Positions 55,634-64,000 of a stretch of 64,000 nucleotides of DNA are shown in pieces. The notes below the pieces were generated by a model that saw only the letters and a list, made by a program, of their open reading frames with translations, was not told the DNA's origin and ran no database searches. The position numbers and the translations under genes are program-made. The stretch covers positions 982 to 64,981 of the forward strand of contig JBBEBM010000062.1 of the NCBI GenBank assembly GCA_040882355.1. Direction: 5' to 3'. Each line of letters starts with the position of its first letter. The stretch's first letter is position 1. The DNA comes from Dehalococcoidia bacterium (lineage in GTDB: Bacteria; Chloroflexota; Dehalococcoidia; DSTF01; RBG-16-68-14).

Positions 55634-57559
55634 ATGGCTAGCGTCACCGCGCAACCCGGATCGCCCCTGGCGCAGGCGATGCGAGACATCCGCCGCCAGG
55701 CCGGCACCTACCAGGGCGTCTGGAGCTGGATCGCGACGGTTGACCACAAGCGGATCGGCCTGATGTACGGCGTCACCGCGTTCACGTTCTTCCTCGCCGG
55801 CGGCATCGAGGCGCTCGTGATCCGGCTGCAGCTCGCGGCGCCGAACGGCAACGTCGTCGGGGCGGACCAGTTCAACCGCCTCTTCACGATGCACGGCACC
55901 ACGATGATCTTCCTGGTGGTGATGCCGCTGAGCGCCGCCTTCTTCAACCTGCTCATCCCACTCATGATCGGCGCTCGCGATGTGGCCTTCCCGCGTCTGA
56001 ATGCGTTCAGCTACTGGGTCTTCCTTGCCGGCGGGATCTTCATGAACGTCAGCTTCTTCACGGGCGGTAACATCTTCAAGGGGGAGCTGGGCGCGCCGGA
56101 CGGTGGCTGGTTCGGCTACGCGCCGCTGACGCTAAACGCCTTTTCGCCGGGACACGGCATCGACTACTGGGCGTTCGGGCTCCAGATCCTGGGCGTCGCC
56201 TCCATGGCGTCCGGTTTCAACTTCATCGTCACGATCTTGAACATGCGGGCGCCGGGCATGACGCTCTTCAAGATGCCGCTCTTTGTCTGGATGACGCTCG
56301 TCACGTCGTTTCTCATCGTCTTCGCCATGCCGGTGATTGCGGTCGCCCTGTTCGAGCTGCTGTTCGCTCGCCTTTACGATGCGACTTTCTTCACGACGGC
56401 GGCGGGCGGCACGCCGCTGCTCTGGCAGCACATGTTCTGGCTCTTCGGTCATCCGGAGGTCTACATTCTGATCCTCCCCGCGATGGGCATCGTCTCAGAG
56501 GTGCTGCCTACCTTCTCGAGGAAGCCGCTGTTCGGCTACCCGTTCGTCGTCTTCTCCGGCATCGCCATCGGCTTCATGAGCTGGGGGGTGTGGGCCCACC
56601 ACATGTACACCGTAGGCCTGGGGCCGGTGGCTAACTCCGCCTTCGGCATCTCGACGATCCTGATCGCCGTGCCCACGGGGGTGAAGATCTTCAACTGGAT
56701 GGGGACGCTCTGGGGCGGGTCGATCCGGATGAACACGTCGCTGCTCTTTTCCGTGGGCTTCATCGCCATGTTCACAATCGGCGGGCTGACCGGCGTGACC
56801 CACTCCATGGTGCCATCCGACTACCAGCAGCAGGACACCTACTATATCGTCGCCCATTTCCACCAGGTGCTGTTCGGCGGCGCGATCCTCGCCCTGTTCT
56901 CAGGGATCTATTACTGGTTCCCGAAGTTCACGGGGCGCCTGCTCAGCGAGCGTCTCGGCCAGGTCCACTTTTGGCTGACGCTCATCGGCTTTAACCTGAC
57001 GTTCCAGCCGATGATGATCCTCGGCCTGCTGGGCATGCCGCGACGCATCTACAGCTACTCGGACGGCATGGGCTGGGACGTCTGGAACATGATCGCGACG
57101 ACGGGCGCGTTCATGATCGCGGCGTCGATCCTGGTGTTCATGTACAACGTCGTTGTCAGCCTTCGCAGCAAGGAGGAGGCGGGCGCCGATCCCTGGGACG
57201 CGCGCACGCTGGAATGGACGATCCCTTCCCCGCCGCCGCCCTACAACTTCGCCGAGATACCGACGGTCCGCCACCTGGACGACTTCTGGCACCGCAAGTA
57301 TGCCGAGAACGAGGAAGGCCAGCTCGTGCCGGTCGTCGCCGGGGGCGCGAACGGCGAGCACGCCAGCGACGGTCACGGCATCCACATGCCATCGCCTTCG
57401 GTGTTCCCGCTGATCGCAGCGATCGGCTTCCCGCTCCTGGCATTCGGGTTCATCTACGATTACGCACTCGTCGCGGTAGGGGCGGTGTTCTTGCTGTTCG
57501 GCCTGTACGGCTGGGCGCTGGAGCCGGCGACGGAAGAAGGCGAGGAGGGAGCGCATTGA
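55634..57559 (+). CDS. ctaD: Cytochrome c oxidase subunit I (heme-copper oxidase, A-type) with C-terminal extension
   Basis: 641 aa. HCO motifs (WFFGHPEVYILILP, HHMY, FHQVLFGG). Extra C-terminal TM segment(s). Confidence 0.9.
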   Translation: MASVTAQPGSPLAQAMRDIRRQAGTYQGVWSWIATVDHKRIGLMYGVTAFTFFLAGGIEALVIRLQLAAPNGNVVGADQFNRLFTMHGTTMIFLVVMPLSAAFFNLLIPLMIGARDVAFPRLNAFSYWVFLAGGIFMNVSFFTGGNIFKGELGAPDGGWFGYAPLTLNAFSPGHGIDYWAFGLQILGVASMASGFNFIVTILNMRAPGMTLFKMPLFVWMTLVTSFLIVFAMPVIAVALFELLFARLYDATFFTTAAGGTPLLWQHMFWLFGHPEVYILILPAMGIVSEVLPTFSRKPLFGYPFVVFSGIAIGFMSWGVWAHHMYTVGLGPVANSAFGISTILIAVPTGVKIFNWMGTLWGGSIRMNTSLLFSVGFIAMFTIGGLTGVTHSMVPSDYQQQDTYYIVAHFHQVLFGGAILALFSGIYYWFPKFTGRLLSERLGQVHFWLTLIGFNLTFQPMMILGLLGMPRRIYSYSDGMGWDVWNMIATTGAFMIAASILVFMYNVVVSLRSKEEAGADPWDARTLEWTIPSPPPPYNFAEIPTVRHLDDFWHRKYAENEEGQLVPVVAGGANGEHASDGHGIHMPSPSVFPLIAAIGFPLLAFGFIYDYALVAVGAVFLLFGLYGWALEPATEEGEEGAH

Positions 57560-58179
57560 GCCACGTCGCCGCTGACGCGGGCCATCTCGAAACGAGCACG
57601 GGCCTCGACAACCGGAAGCTACTCATGTGGCTCTTCCTGTCTTCGGAGTGCCTGTTCTTCGGCTCGCTCATCGGCACCTACCTCCTGTATCGAGGTCGCA
57701 GCGTCGGCCCGCCGTTCCCGGTGGACACCGAGTTCAACGGCGTTCAGTACGACGGCATCTACGACATCCCGTTCACGTCCATCAGCTCCTTCGTGCTGCT
57801 CATGAGCAGCGTGACGATGGTGCTGGCGCTGGCGGCGATCCAGCGCGGCGATCTGCGTCAGCTTCGTATCTGGCTGGTGACGACGGCGCTGCTCGGCGTC
57901 ACGTTCCTGGCCGGCCAGGCGTTCGAGTTCACGGAGTTCCACAACGAGGGGCTCAGCCTGAGCACGAACCTCTTCGGCACCACATTCTTCGTGCTCACCG
58001 GCTTTCACGGGGCGCACGTGTCTGTGGGCGTGCTCATCCTGCTTTCGCTGTACGTGATGTCGGTGCGCGGCCATCTGCCGCAGGAGAAGAGCCTCAACGT
58101 GGAGCTGGCCGGCCTCTACTGGCACTTCGTCGACATCGTCTGGATCGTCATCTTCACGCTGATCTACCTTATCCAGTGA
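57556..58179 (+). CDS. ctaE: Cytochrome c oxidase subunit III
   Basis: COX3 helices (FFVLTGFHGAHVSVG; YWHFVDIVWIVIFTLIY). Proposed TTG start overlaps the ctaD stop (TTGA) after GAGGAGGG. An ATG further in is the alternative start. Confidence 0.75.
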   Translation: MSHVAADAGHLETSTGLDNRKLLMWLFLSSECLFFGSLIGTYLLYRGRSVGPPFPVDTEFNGVQYDGIYDIPFTSISSFVLLMSSVTMVLALAAIQRGDLRQLRIWLVTTALLGVTFLAGQAFEFTEFHNEGLSLSTNLFGTTFFVLTGFHGAHVSVGVLILLSLYVMSVRGHLPQEKSLNVELAGLYWHFVDIVWIVIFTLIYLIQ

Positions 58180-58189
58180 GAGCCGCCTC

Positions 58190-58618
58190 ATGGACGTAAA
58201 CAGCTTCAAGGACTTTCTCGAGACGCCGGAGTTGCTCCTGGGCATCCCCCTGATCCTGCTGGGGCTGCTGGGGCTCAGCGTGGCCCTTGCGCCATCTGGT
58301 GTCATACCACGCTACGCGGAAACGGTCGTGGGAGGGCCGGGCGGCCATCCCACGCCGCAGCAGTACATCACTGTCGGTCTGATCCTGTCGGCGATCACGA
58401 TCCTCGAAGTGGCCGTGTATTACATCGGGGCGCTCGAAGGCGCTCTGGTAGGCATCCTGATGGTTCTCTCGGCGATGAAGTTTGTGCTGGTGGCCCTCTA
58501 CTTCATGCACCTCCAGTTCGACAACCGGCTCTTTTCGACGCTCTTCACCGGCGGCCTGCTGTTGGTCATCGGGTTGTTCTTGGTCGTCCTCTCCACCATG
58601 GGCGCCTCGCTCGTCTAA
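58190..58618 (+). CDS. Prokaryotic cytochrome c oxidase subunit IV family protein
   Basis: 142 aa, 3-4 TM, position directly after ctaE. The family call is by size, topology and context. Confidence 0.55.
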   Translation: MDVNSFKDFLETPELLLGIPLILLGLLGLSVALAPSGVIPRYAETVVGGPGGHPTPQQYITVGLILSAITILEVAVYYIGALEGALVGILMVLSAMKFVLVALYFMHLQFDNRLFSTLFTGGLLLVIGLFLVVLSTMGASLV

Positions 58619-58651
58619 CCGGGAGGCCCGGTCCTCCCCGGAGGCATCATC

Positions 58652-59524
58652 GTGACACCGCTGCTGCACATCGGGGTTGGCGGGCCGGAGTGGCTGAACT
58701 GGATCATCCATCCGGACGCCATCCTCCTCGCTGCCGTGCTGGAGTGGGGTTACCTCTATGCCATTCGCGAGCTGCGCCCGCGCGCCTCAGATGCCGGACG
58801 GGTCAAGCGCAGCCAGTTGCTCTGTTTCCACCTGGGCGTCCTGACGCTGCTCGTCGCGGGTGGATCGCCGCTGCACGACCTGGGCGAGCAGTACTTGCTC
58901 AGCGCCCACATGTTCCAGCACCTGCTGCTGACGTTGGTTGCGCCGCCGCTGCTCATCGCTGGCACGCCAGCGTGGCTCTGGCAGGCGTTCCTTCGCCTGC
59001 CTGGCGTCATGGCCCCGGCTCGATTCCTCACGAAGCCGCTGATCGCGTTCTCGCTCTTCAACGCCGTCCAGTTGCTCACCCACCTGCCGCCCACCGTCGA
59101 CCTGGCGCTGAACGTGGGCGCCTTCCACTTCCTGGTGCACGCGGTGCTGGTGGTGACGGCGATGATCATGTGGTGGCCGATCCTGAGCCCAGTGCCGGAG
59201 CTGCCCCGACTCTCCTACCCCCTCCAGATGTCCTATCTCTTTCTCCAGTCGCTCCTGCCCTCGGTGATGGCGGCGTTCATCACCTTCGCCGACCACGTCG
59301 TCTACCCGTTCTACGCGGACGCGCCCAGCCTCTGGGGCATCGACCCGATGCACGATCAGCAGACGGCCGGGCTGATCATGAAGCTGCTGGGCAGCCTGAT
59401 CCTCTGGTCCTTCATGACGGTCGCGTTCTTCGAGTGGTACGGCAAGGAGGAGGCGAAGGAGAAAGGCCCGCGCTGGGACGAGATCGAGCAGGAGCTCGAT
59501 AAGCTGGGCCTCACGAAGCGCTAG
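58652..59524 (+). CDS. ctaG: Caa3-type cytochrome oxidase assembly factor CtaG-like membrane protein
   Basis: 290 aa polytopic. Conserved HMFQHLLLTLVAPPLL and WWPILSP segments. GTG start after GGAGG. Confidence 0.65.
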   Translation: MTPLLHIGVGGPEWLNWIIHPDAILLAAVLEWGYLYAIRELRPRASDAGRVKRSQLLCFHLGVLTLLVAGGSPLHDLGEQYLLSAHMFQHLLLTLVAPPLLIAGTPAWLWQAFLRLPGVMAPARFLTKPLIAFSLFNAVQLLTHLPPTVDLALNVGAFHFLVHAVLVVTAMIMWWPILSPVPELPRLSYPLQMSYLFLQSLLPSVMAAFITFADHVVYPFYADAPSLWGIDPMHDQQTAGLIMKLLGSLILWSFMTVAFFEWYGKEEAKEKGPRWDEIEQELDKLGLTKR

Positions 59525-59545
59525 GCGAGAGAGGGTCGGGCTGGG

Positions 59546-60307
59546 CTAGGGGGCGGGGGCTTCGCCCGCAGGGGACTCGCCGCCGGCAGGCGCTCCGCCA
59601 GCGGGCGGGCCAACGGTAAAGGCGGTGTGCATGCCGAGGCCGTAGTGTGTCGGTACGCTGCAGATGAGGACGTATGGACCTTCGGCCAAGTCTGTTTCGA
59701 GTGTTTCTGACATCCCCTGATTCAGGTCATCGGTCGCATCGGCGACGGTGAAGTCTTCGAGCACGACATCCCCGCCCTCCGGTGCCAGAGCATCTGGGGC
59801 GAGATCGGTCTGGATTATGGTCAGGTTGTGAAAGGACCCTTCGTTGGTGACCTCGAAGGTGACGGGACCGGCCCCTGCTGTGTCGGCCGAAAGCTCGATC
59901 GCGAAGTCGCTGAGGCTCGCCGTGATGGCTCCCGGCGGGGGCGGGGTGCCGTTGCCGTTCACGACCTCTTCGTGCTCTTCGTCCTCGATGAGGGTGGCGG
60001 CGATCGAGCCGCCCGTAAGCATGAGCGCGGCGATGACGCCGATGCCGATGTACTGCCAGACGGGCACGCTGGGCCGGCTGGCCAGGTAGATGCCGATGCC
60101 CAGGATGGCGAGCGAGACGCCGAGCGCGAGCGGCGTTGCGAGCGTGACGTCGCCGACGGAAACGCGGTTCAGTTCGAGGTAGATCCGGGAGAGCCCGTAG
60201 ATGACCAGCACTCCAAAAAGGAAGATGATCGCCGGGATCAGGATCGGCAGCCAGAGCCGCCGGTGCATTTCCTGCTGCTCGGTCTCGTGAGGCGGTTCGT
60301 CGCTCAT
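59546..60307 (-). CDS. Membrane-anchored cupredoxin (type-1 blue-copper, plastocyanin/auracyanin-like) domain protein
   Basis: 2 N-terminal TM. C-terminal cupredoxin with His ... Cys-x2-Pro-x-His-x4-Met ligands (FHNL ... CSVPTHYGLGMH). Gly/Pro/Ala-rich tail. Confidence 0.65.
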   Translation of the reverse strand: MSDEPPHETEQQEMHRRLWLPILIPAIIFLFGVLVIYGLSRIYLELNRVSVGDVTLATPLALGVSLAILGIGIYLASRPSVPVWQYIGIGVIAALMLTGGSIAATLIEDEEHEEVVNGNGTPPPPGAITASLSDFAIELSADTAGAGPVTFEVTNEGSFHNLTIIQTDLAPDALAPEGGDVVLEDFTVADATDDLNQGMSETLETDLAEGPYVLICSVPTHYGLGMHTAFTVGPPAGGAPAGGESPAGEAPAP

Positions 60308-60308
60308 A

Positions 60309-60446
60309 CCTTGTACCTCGTATCACAATCAGCGCGAACGGTCAAGATCGCGCAGGGGCAGGCAGTGGGGCGGCGCTTCCGCAGTAGGGGGCTCCCGGCG
60401 TTCGTTTCCTTGCCCGCGCGAATCGATTGTGATACACGGTACAAGG
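60309..60446. promoter_or_regulatory. Mirror-image pair of about 28-bp elements (CCTTGTACC-nn-GTATCACAATC...) abutting the starts of the divergent cupredoxin and ctaA genes
   Basis: Left arm 60309-60336 and the reverse complement of the right arm 60415-60446 match at 22 of 24 core positions. The core GTATCACAATC/GATTGTGATAC is a perfect 11-mer. Confidence 0.5.
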
Positions 60447-60455
60447 AGATTGCTC

Positions 60456-61481
60456 GTGGCCCCAATCGAACCGTCCCCAGCAGCAACCGGAGCGTCGACC
60501 GCGGCCCCAACCGCTTTCCAGTGGCTCGCGTTCGCTACCTGCGCCGTCGTCTACGGGCTGATCGTGCTGGGCGGCGTTGTGCGCGTCACCGGCTCCGGCG
60601 ACGCCTGCCCCGACTGGCCGCGCTGCCACGGCGAGCTGCTCCCGCCGCTGGAGCGCGACGTGCTGATCGAGTTCTCGCATCGCCTCGTCGCGTCCGTCGT
60701 CGGCTTCATGGTGCTGGCCGTGGCGATCAGCGGCTGGCGGCTCTCACCGGCGACGACAAACCGAAGCGTCATCCGCTGGGGCGGCGTCGCGGCGGTCGGA
60801 CTCGTGATCGTGCAGATCGGCCTGGGCGGCGCCACCGTGCTCAACGACCTGGACGCCGACCTGGTGACCGCTCACCTCGCTGCGGCCTCGGCGCTGCTTG
60901 CGACGCTCCTGGTCATCGCCCTGCTCTCGCTGCCGCGACCCGACTCTGAGCGCGCCGTGTCCCGCTCGTTTCGCAACCTGACGGTGGTCGCAGCGCTCGC
61001 CGTCCTGGCGCTGATGCTCAGCGGCTCCTACGTCACCGGTAGCGGCGCGAGCCTCGCCTTCCGGGACTGGCCGCTCTTCGATGGCCAGCTCCTGCCGGAG
61101 GGCGGCCATCGCGCGATGGCCCACGCCACGCACCGGCTGACGGCTGCCGTCGTGGGCCTGCTGCTCACCTATCTCACCTGGCGAGCGTGGCGCGACGCTT
61201 CGTTGTCGATCGCCCGCATCGCCATGCTCGCGCTCGCGCTCTACGTTGCGCAGGTCTTCGTGGGCGCGGCCAACATCTGGACGATGATCCAGCCCTCAGC
61301 GCAGGCGTCGCACCTGGCGGTGGGCGTCGCCGTCTGGGCGACGCTCGTCACGCTCGCCACGCTGGCCTGGCGAGCCACGAACGACAGCGTCGTCGCCCGG
61401 CGAACGGCTCAGCCGGCGCCCGCTCGACAGCGCGGCTCCACGGATGCCGGAGAACCGGCGCCCGTTGGGAGGGCCTCCTAG
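60456..61481 (+). CDS. ctaA: Heme A synthase (CtaA/COX15 family)
   Basis: CPDWPRCHG motif, 8 TM with conserved His pairs. GTG at 60456, 8 nt after AAGGAG. Confidence 0.8.
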   Translation: MAPIEPSPAATGASTAAPTAFQWLAFATCAVVYGLIVLGGVVRVTGSGDACPDWPRCHGELLPPLERDVLIEFSHRLVASVVGFMVLAVAISGWRLSPATTNRSVIRWGGVAAVGLVIVQIGLGGATVLNDLDADLVTAHLAAASALLATLLVIALLSLPRPDSERAVSRSFRNLTVVAALAVLALMLSGSYVTGSGASLAFRDWPLFDGQLLPEGGHRAMAHATHRLTAAVVGLLLTYLTWRAWRDASLSIARIAMLALALYVAQVFVGAANIWTMIQPSAQASHLAVGVAVWATLVTLATLAWRATNDSVVARRTAQPAPARQRGSTDAGEPAPVGRAS

Positions 61482-61483
61482 CG

Positions 61484-62419
61484 ATGGGCGTCGTTCCGCA
61501 GGAAGTCGCGCGCCGACGACTCGCTGCGCGCGCGGGCGCGGCCCCGGAGCGCGGCCTGCTCACGATTGCGAACGCGTACCTTGCCCTGACCAAGCCGCGC
61601 ATCATCGTCCTCTTGCTGATCACTACCGTGCCCGCGATGATCGTTGCGGAGGGTGGCATGCCCTCCCTGTGGTTGGTCTTGCTCACGCTGGTGGGGGGGA
61701 CGCTCGCCGCGGGCGGCGCGAACGCGATCAACTGCTACGTCGACCGCGATATCGACAGCCTGATGGCGCGCACGCGCGAGCGCCCGCTGCCAGCGGGGCT
61801 TGTCGAGCCGGAGCGCGCGCTCATGTTCGGCATCGCGCTGGGCGGTCTCTCGTTCGCCCTCCTGGCGCTCGCGGTGAACCTGGCGAGCGCGCTGCTCGCG
61901 CTGGGGGCGCTCGCTTTCTACGTCTTTGTCTACACGCTCTGGCTCAAGCGGAGCACCGCGCAGAACATCGTCATCGGTGGCGCCGCGGGAGCGATGCCCC
62001 CGCTGGTCGGCTGGGCGGCTGTGACCGGCGGGCTGGGCTGGCCCCCGCTGGTGCTCTTCGGCATCATCTTCCTCTGGACGCCTCCCCACTTCTGGGCGCT
62101 CGCATTGCGCTACCGGACCGACTACGCGCGCGCGGGCGTGCCGATGCTGCCGGTCGTGGCTGGCGAGGCGGAGACGAAGCGGCAGTCGCTCTGGTACAGC
62201 GTGGCGCTGGCCGCCTGCAGTCTGGTGCTCGTGCCGGTGGCCGGCATGGGGCCGTTCTACCTGAGCGTGGCGCTGGTGCTGGGGGCCGGCTTTCTCTGGC
62301 TGGCGTACCGCCAGTGGCGCGCCGAGTCGTTTCGCGCGAGCCGCGCGCTCTTCACCTACTCGCTGGCCTACCTGGCGCTGCTCTTCGTCGCGATGGGTCT
62401 CGACCCGTGGCTGCGATAG
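61484..62419 (+). CDS. ctaB: Protoheme IX farnesyltransferase (heme O synthase)
   Basis: UbiA-fold motifs (NCYVDRDIDSLMARTRERPLP; FLWTPPHFWALA). ATG at 61484. Confidence 0.9.
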   Translation: MGVVPQEVARRRLAARAGAAPERGLLTIANAYLALTKPRIIVLLLITTVPAMIVAEGGMPSLWLVLLTLVGGTLAAGGANAINCYVDRDIDSLMARTRERPLPAGLVEPERALMFGIALGGLSFALLALAVNLASALLALGALAFYVFVYTLWLKRSTAQNIVIGGAAGAMPPLVGWAAVTGGLGWPPLVLFGIIFLWTPPHFWALALRYRTDYARAGVPMLPVVAGEAETKRQSLWYSVALAACSLVLVPVAGMGPFYLSVALVLGAGFLWLAYRQWRAESFRASRALFTYSLAYLALLFVAMGLDPWLR

Positions 62420-62437
62420 ACGAACGCCCCTGACGCG

Positions 62438-62770
62438 ATGCGGCTCTCACCGCGGGGCGCCGCCTGCGCGCTGGCGGCGTGCGTCGCACTCGTACTCATC
62501 GTCTCGTGTGGCGGCGATAGCGAGCCCTCCGTCACCGGCGTGATCATCGACGTGCAGTCGCCTTCGCTCACCGAGGTGGACGCCTTTACGGTGCGTGACG
62601 ATGGCGGCGAGGAGTTCGTCTTCGGCGTCGCGCCGGAGGCCGCCCCCGATCTGCGCGAGGGCTTCACGCCCCAGCACCTGCGCTCGCACAGCGTCCTGGG
62701 GCAACGCGTGAGGATCTTCTACCGCTCAGACGGCGAGACGCTGCTGGCCGTGCGTCTGGAGGACCAGTAG
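62438..62770 (+). CDS. Small lipoprotein (110 aa), unknown function
   Basis: Signal plus lipobox LIVSCG. No family recognised. Confidence 0.45.
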   Translation: MRLSPRGAACALAACVALVLIVSCGGDSEPSVTGVIIDVQSPSLTEVDAFTVRDDGGEEFVFGVAPEAAPDLREGFTPQHLRSHSVLGQRVRIFYRSDGETLLAVRLEDQ

Positions 62771-62772
62771 CG

Positions 62773-63669
62773 TTAGCCGGCGGCGGCCTGGATCGCCTCG
62801 CGCAGCTCCTCGGGCGCCGCAGCTCCTTCGAATCGAGCGGTGATCAGGCCCTGACCGTCCACGACGTAGACCCACGGTTCGGTCTGCAGCTTCCACGCTT
62901 GCATCGGCGCGGTCACGACAGGCGCGTTGTTGGCGCCCGTCACCACCAGACCGCCGTCGGCGTCAAGCTCGTACGGTTCGATGTGGATAAAGTCGACTTC
63001 GTCGGCGAACTCCGGCTGGACCGCTTTCACGTTGTCCAGGATCGGTCCGCAGAAGGCCGTCTGGCAGAAGGCGGGCGTTGCGAACACGATCACCAGCGGG
63101 CGGGCCCCCTGGAGCGCCTGGGCCACGGTCTTCTGATAGAAGGCGAGGTTCGGATTCTCGTCGGTGGTTAGCCGCTTCATGTTCGGCTCGCTGCTCGCCG
63201 TGAGGTTCTCGACCGAAATCGCCTGGCCGCCGATGTTCGGGACCTGGCTCTCCTCCAGCACGTCGAGTTGGAGTTCCGCAATCGTCGCGGTCTGGTCGGA
63301 GGTGGTGAGCACGGGCTCCACGCTCCACTGATCACCGCCGCTGGGGAAGGTCACGTTGGCGACGAAGAATCCGCTCTCGCCGGGTATGGCGTAGACGAAG
63401 GTCGTCTCGTGCTCGAATATCAGGTCGTTGATGTACAGGAACCGCAGGCGCAGGCTCGTGCCTTCATCTGGGACGAACGGCTGGTTGTTCGCGTCGAGCA
63501 GGCCGAGCGAGAACCGGTTGGGGCCGACGACAACCTCCGAATTGCCTCGCACGGGTGTCAGCGCGGCGGCGTCGATCTCTGGCACGCCGCCGCCGTCTCC
63601 GTCGTCGCTGCAAGCGGCCGCGAATGCGAAAGCGGCGAGGAGGGCGGCGAAGATGAGCAGGCGTCGCAT
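62773..63669 (-). CDS. Lipoprotein with C-terminal thioredoxin-fold domain (SCO/TlpA-like candidate Cu or thiol-disulfide chaperone)
   Basis: Lipobox FAAACS. C-terminal VIVFATPAFCQTAFCGP (Cys pair in a Trx-like context). Convergent with ctaB. Confidence 0.5.
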   Translation of the reverse strand: MRRLLIFAALLAAFAFAAACSDDGDGGGVPEIDAAALTPVRGNSEVVVGPNRFSLGLLDANNQPFVPDEGTSLRLRFLYINDLIFEHETTFVYAIPGESGFFVANVTFPSGGDQWSVEPVLTTSDQTATIAELQLDVLEESQVPNIGGQAISVENLTASSEPNMKRLTTDENPNLAFYQKTVAQALQGARPLVIVFATPAFCQTAFCGPILDNVKAVQPEFADEVDFIHIEPYELDADGGLVVTGANNAPVVTAPMQAWKLQTEPWVYVVDGQGLITARFEGAAAPEELREAIQAAAG

Positions 63670-63937
63670 CGTTCGAGTGTCCTTTCTTAAGGAAGGGCGG
63701 TCGCGCCGGCCCTCGAGGCCGGGTCAGCGCTCACCTTCATATCGTTGTGGTTGTCCTATGGTAACGCGCTCCCAGCCCTGACGGCAGGGGCAGGTGCCTA
63801 GCGTCACACTTTCGGGGTACGCAGGCCGATAGTAGTGGTGTAGGCGCCGCAGGAATCCGACGCTTGGGAAGCGACCCGTTGTTGCGGCCGCGTCCCGTTA
63901 CCGGCAGGGAGCGTCAAGGCCGCGCGGTAGTGAAAAA

Positions 63938-64000
63938 GAACGCACTCGTAGCGCTCCTCCTGGCCACGCTGGCTCTCGCCGGCGGGCTCTGGGCGCTGAG
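63938..64000 (+). CDS. 5' end of a gene encoding a protein with N-terminal signal/TM segment (truncated by window end)
   Basis: GTG/ATG-less listing. VKKNALVALLLATLALAGGLWAL is open to the window end. Confidence 0.3.

Noticed and set aside
55634-57559. Possibility that the 641-aa CtaD is a subunit I + III fusion
   Set aside because: A separate complete ctaE follows immediately. The extra length is a C-terminal extension of one or two TM segments only.
1-64000. CRISPR arrays, rRNA/tRNA genes, transposases, integrases and prophage genes
   Set aside because: No short direct-repeat arrays, no rRNA-like conserved stretches, no cloverleaf candidates in intergenic regions, and no DDE or tyrosine-recombinase signatures were seen in any frame.

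Overview
This is a high-GC (about 68-70%) bacterial chromosomal window, densely coded on both strands. Many neighbouring genes overlap by 4 nt (ATGA/GTGA/TTGA), which suggests translational coupling. No rRNA, tRNA, CRISPR array, transposase or integrase was found. The gene order rpmB / yloV-like DAK2 / degV / recG is the Gram-positive type; together with an F420-type LLM oxidoreductase, an LPXTG protein and AGGAGG-type ribosome-binding sites this points to an actinobacterial or Chloroflexi-like (Thermomicrobia-type) host, but that is inference only. Content: (1) Two cell-envelope glycosylation loci. Locus 1 spans 1-7.9 kb: a GT2 C-terminus, a short nucleotide-sugar dehydrogenase, a GT4, a SAM methyltransferase, a polytopic GT-C-like membrane protein, a flippase-like LPG-synthase-TM protein and a GT39/ArnT-like protein. 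Locus 2 spans 22.6-33.6 kb: two GT39-like paralogs, a Dpm1-like GT2 with a DUF2304 partner, methyltransferases and a possible DUF402/FomD-like protein. It includes a duplicated 550-aa GT-C-like membrane protein whose two copies flank two tandem small secreted dockerin-type repeat proteins, and the copies share a 515-bp perfectly identical tract. (2) Housekeeping genes: PBP1A, APC permease, rpmB, recG, argS, gatCA, rpe, argH, an inositol monophosphatase, an aminotransferase, and an ECF sigma / anti-sigma pair. (3) An aerobic respiratory cta cluster: ctaC-D-E, subunit IV, a caa3-type assembly factor, ctaA and ctaB, with a membrane cupredoxin and a thioredoxin-fold lipoprotein. (4) Accessory or unusual items: an upstream small ORF with a strong SD overlapping the start of a Tet(M)-like ribosomal-protection GTPase, followed by an APH/Mph-family kinase; a hicB-hicA toxin-antitoxin pair directly after gatCA; a membrane HExxH protein after the ECF sigma / anti-sigma pair; a GreA-like factor with an N-terminal extension and an apparently leaderless start; a mirrored 28-bp leader/operator repeat in the divergent cupredoxin/ctaA region; and a lower-GC patch with a 640-bp non-coding stretch.
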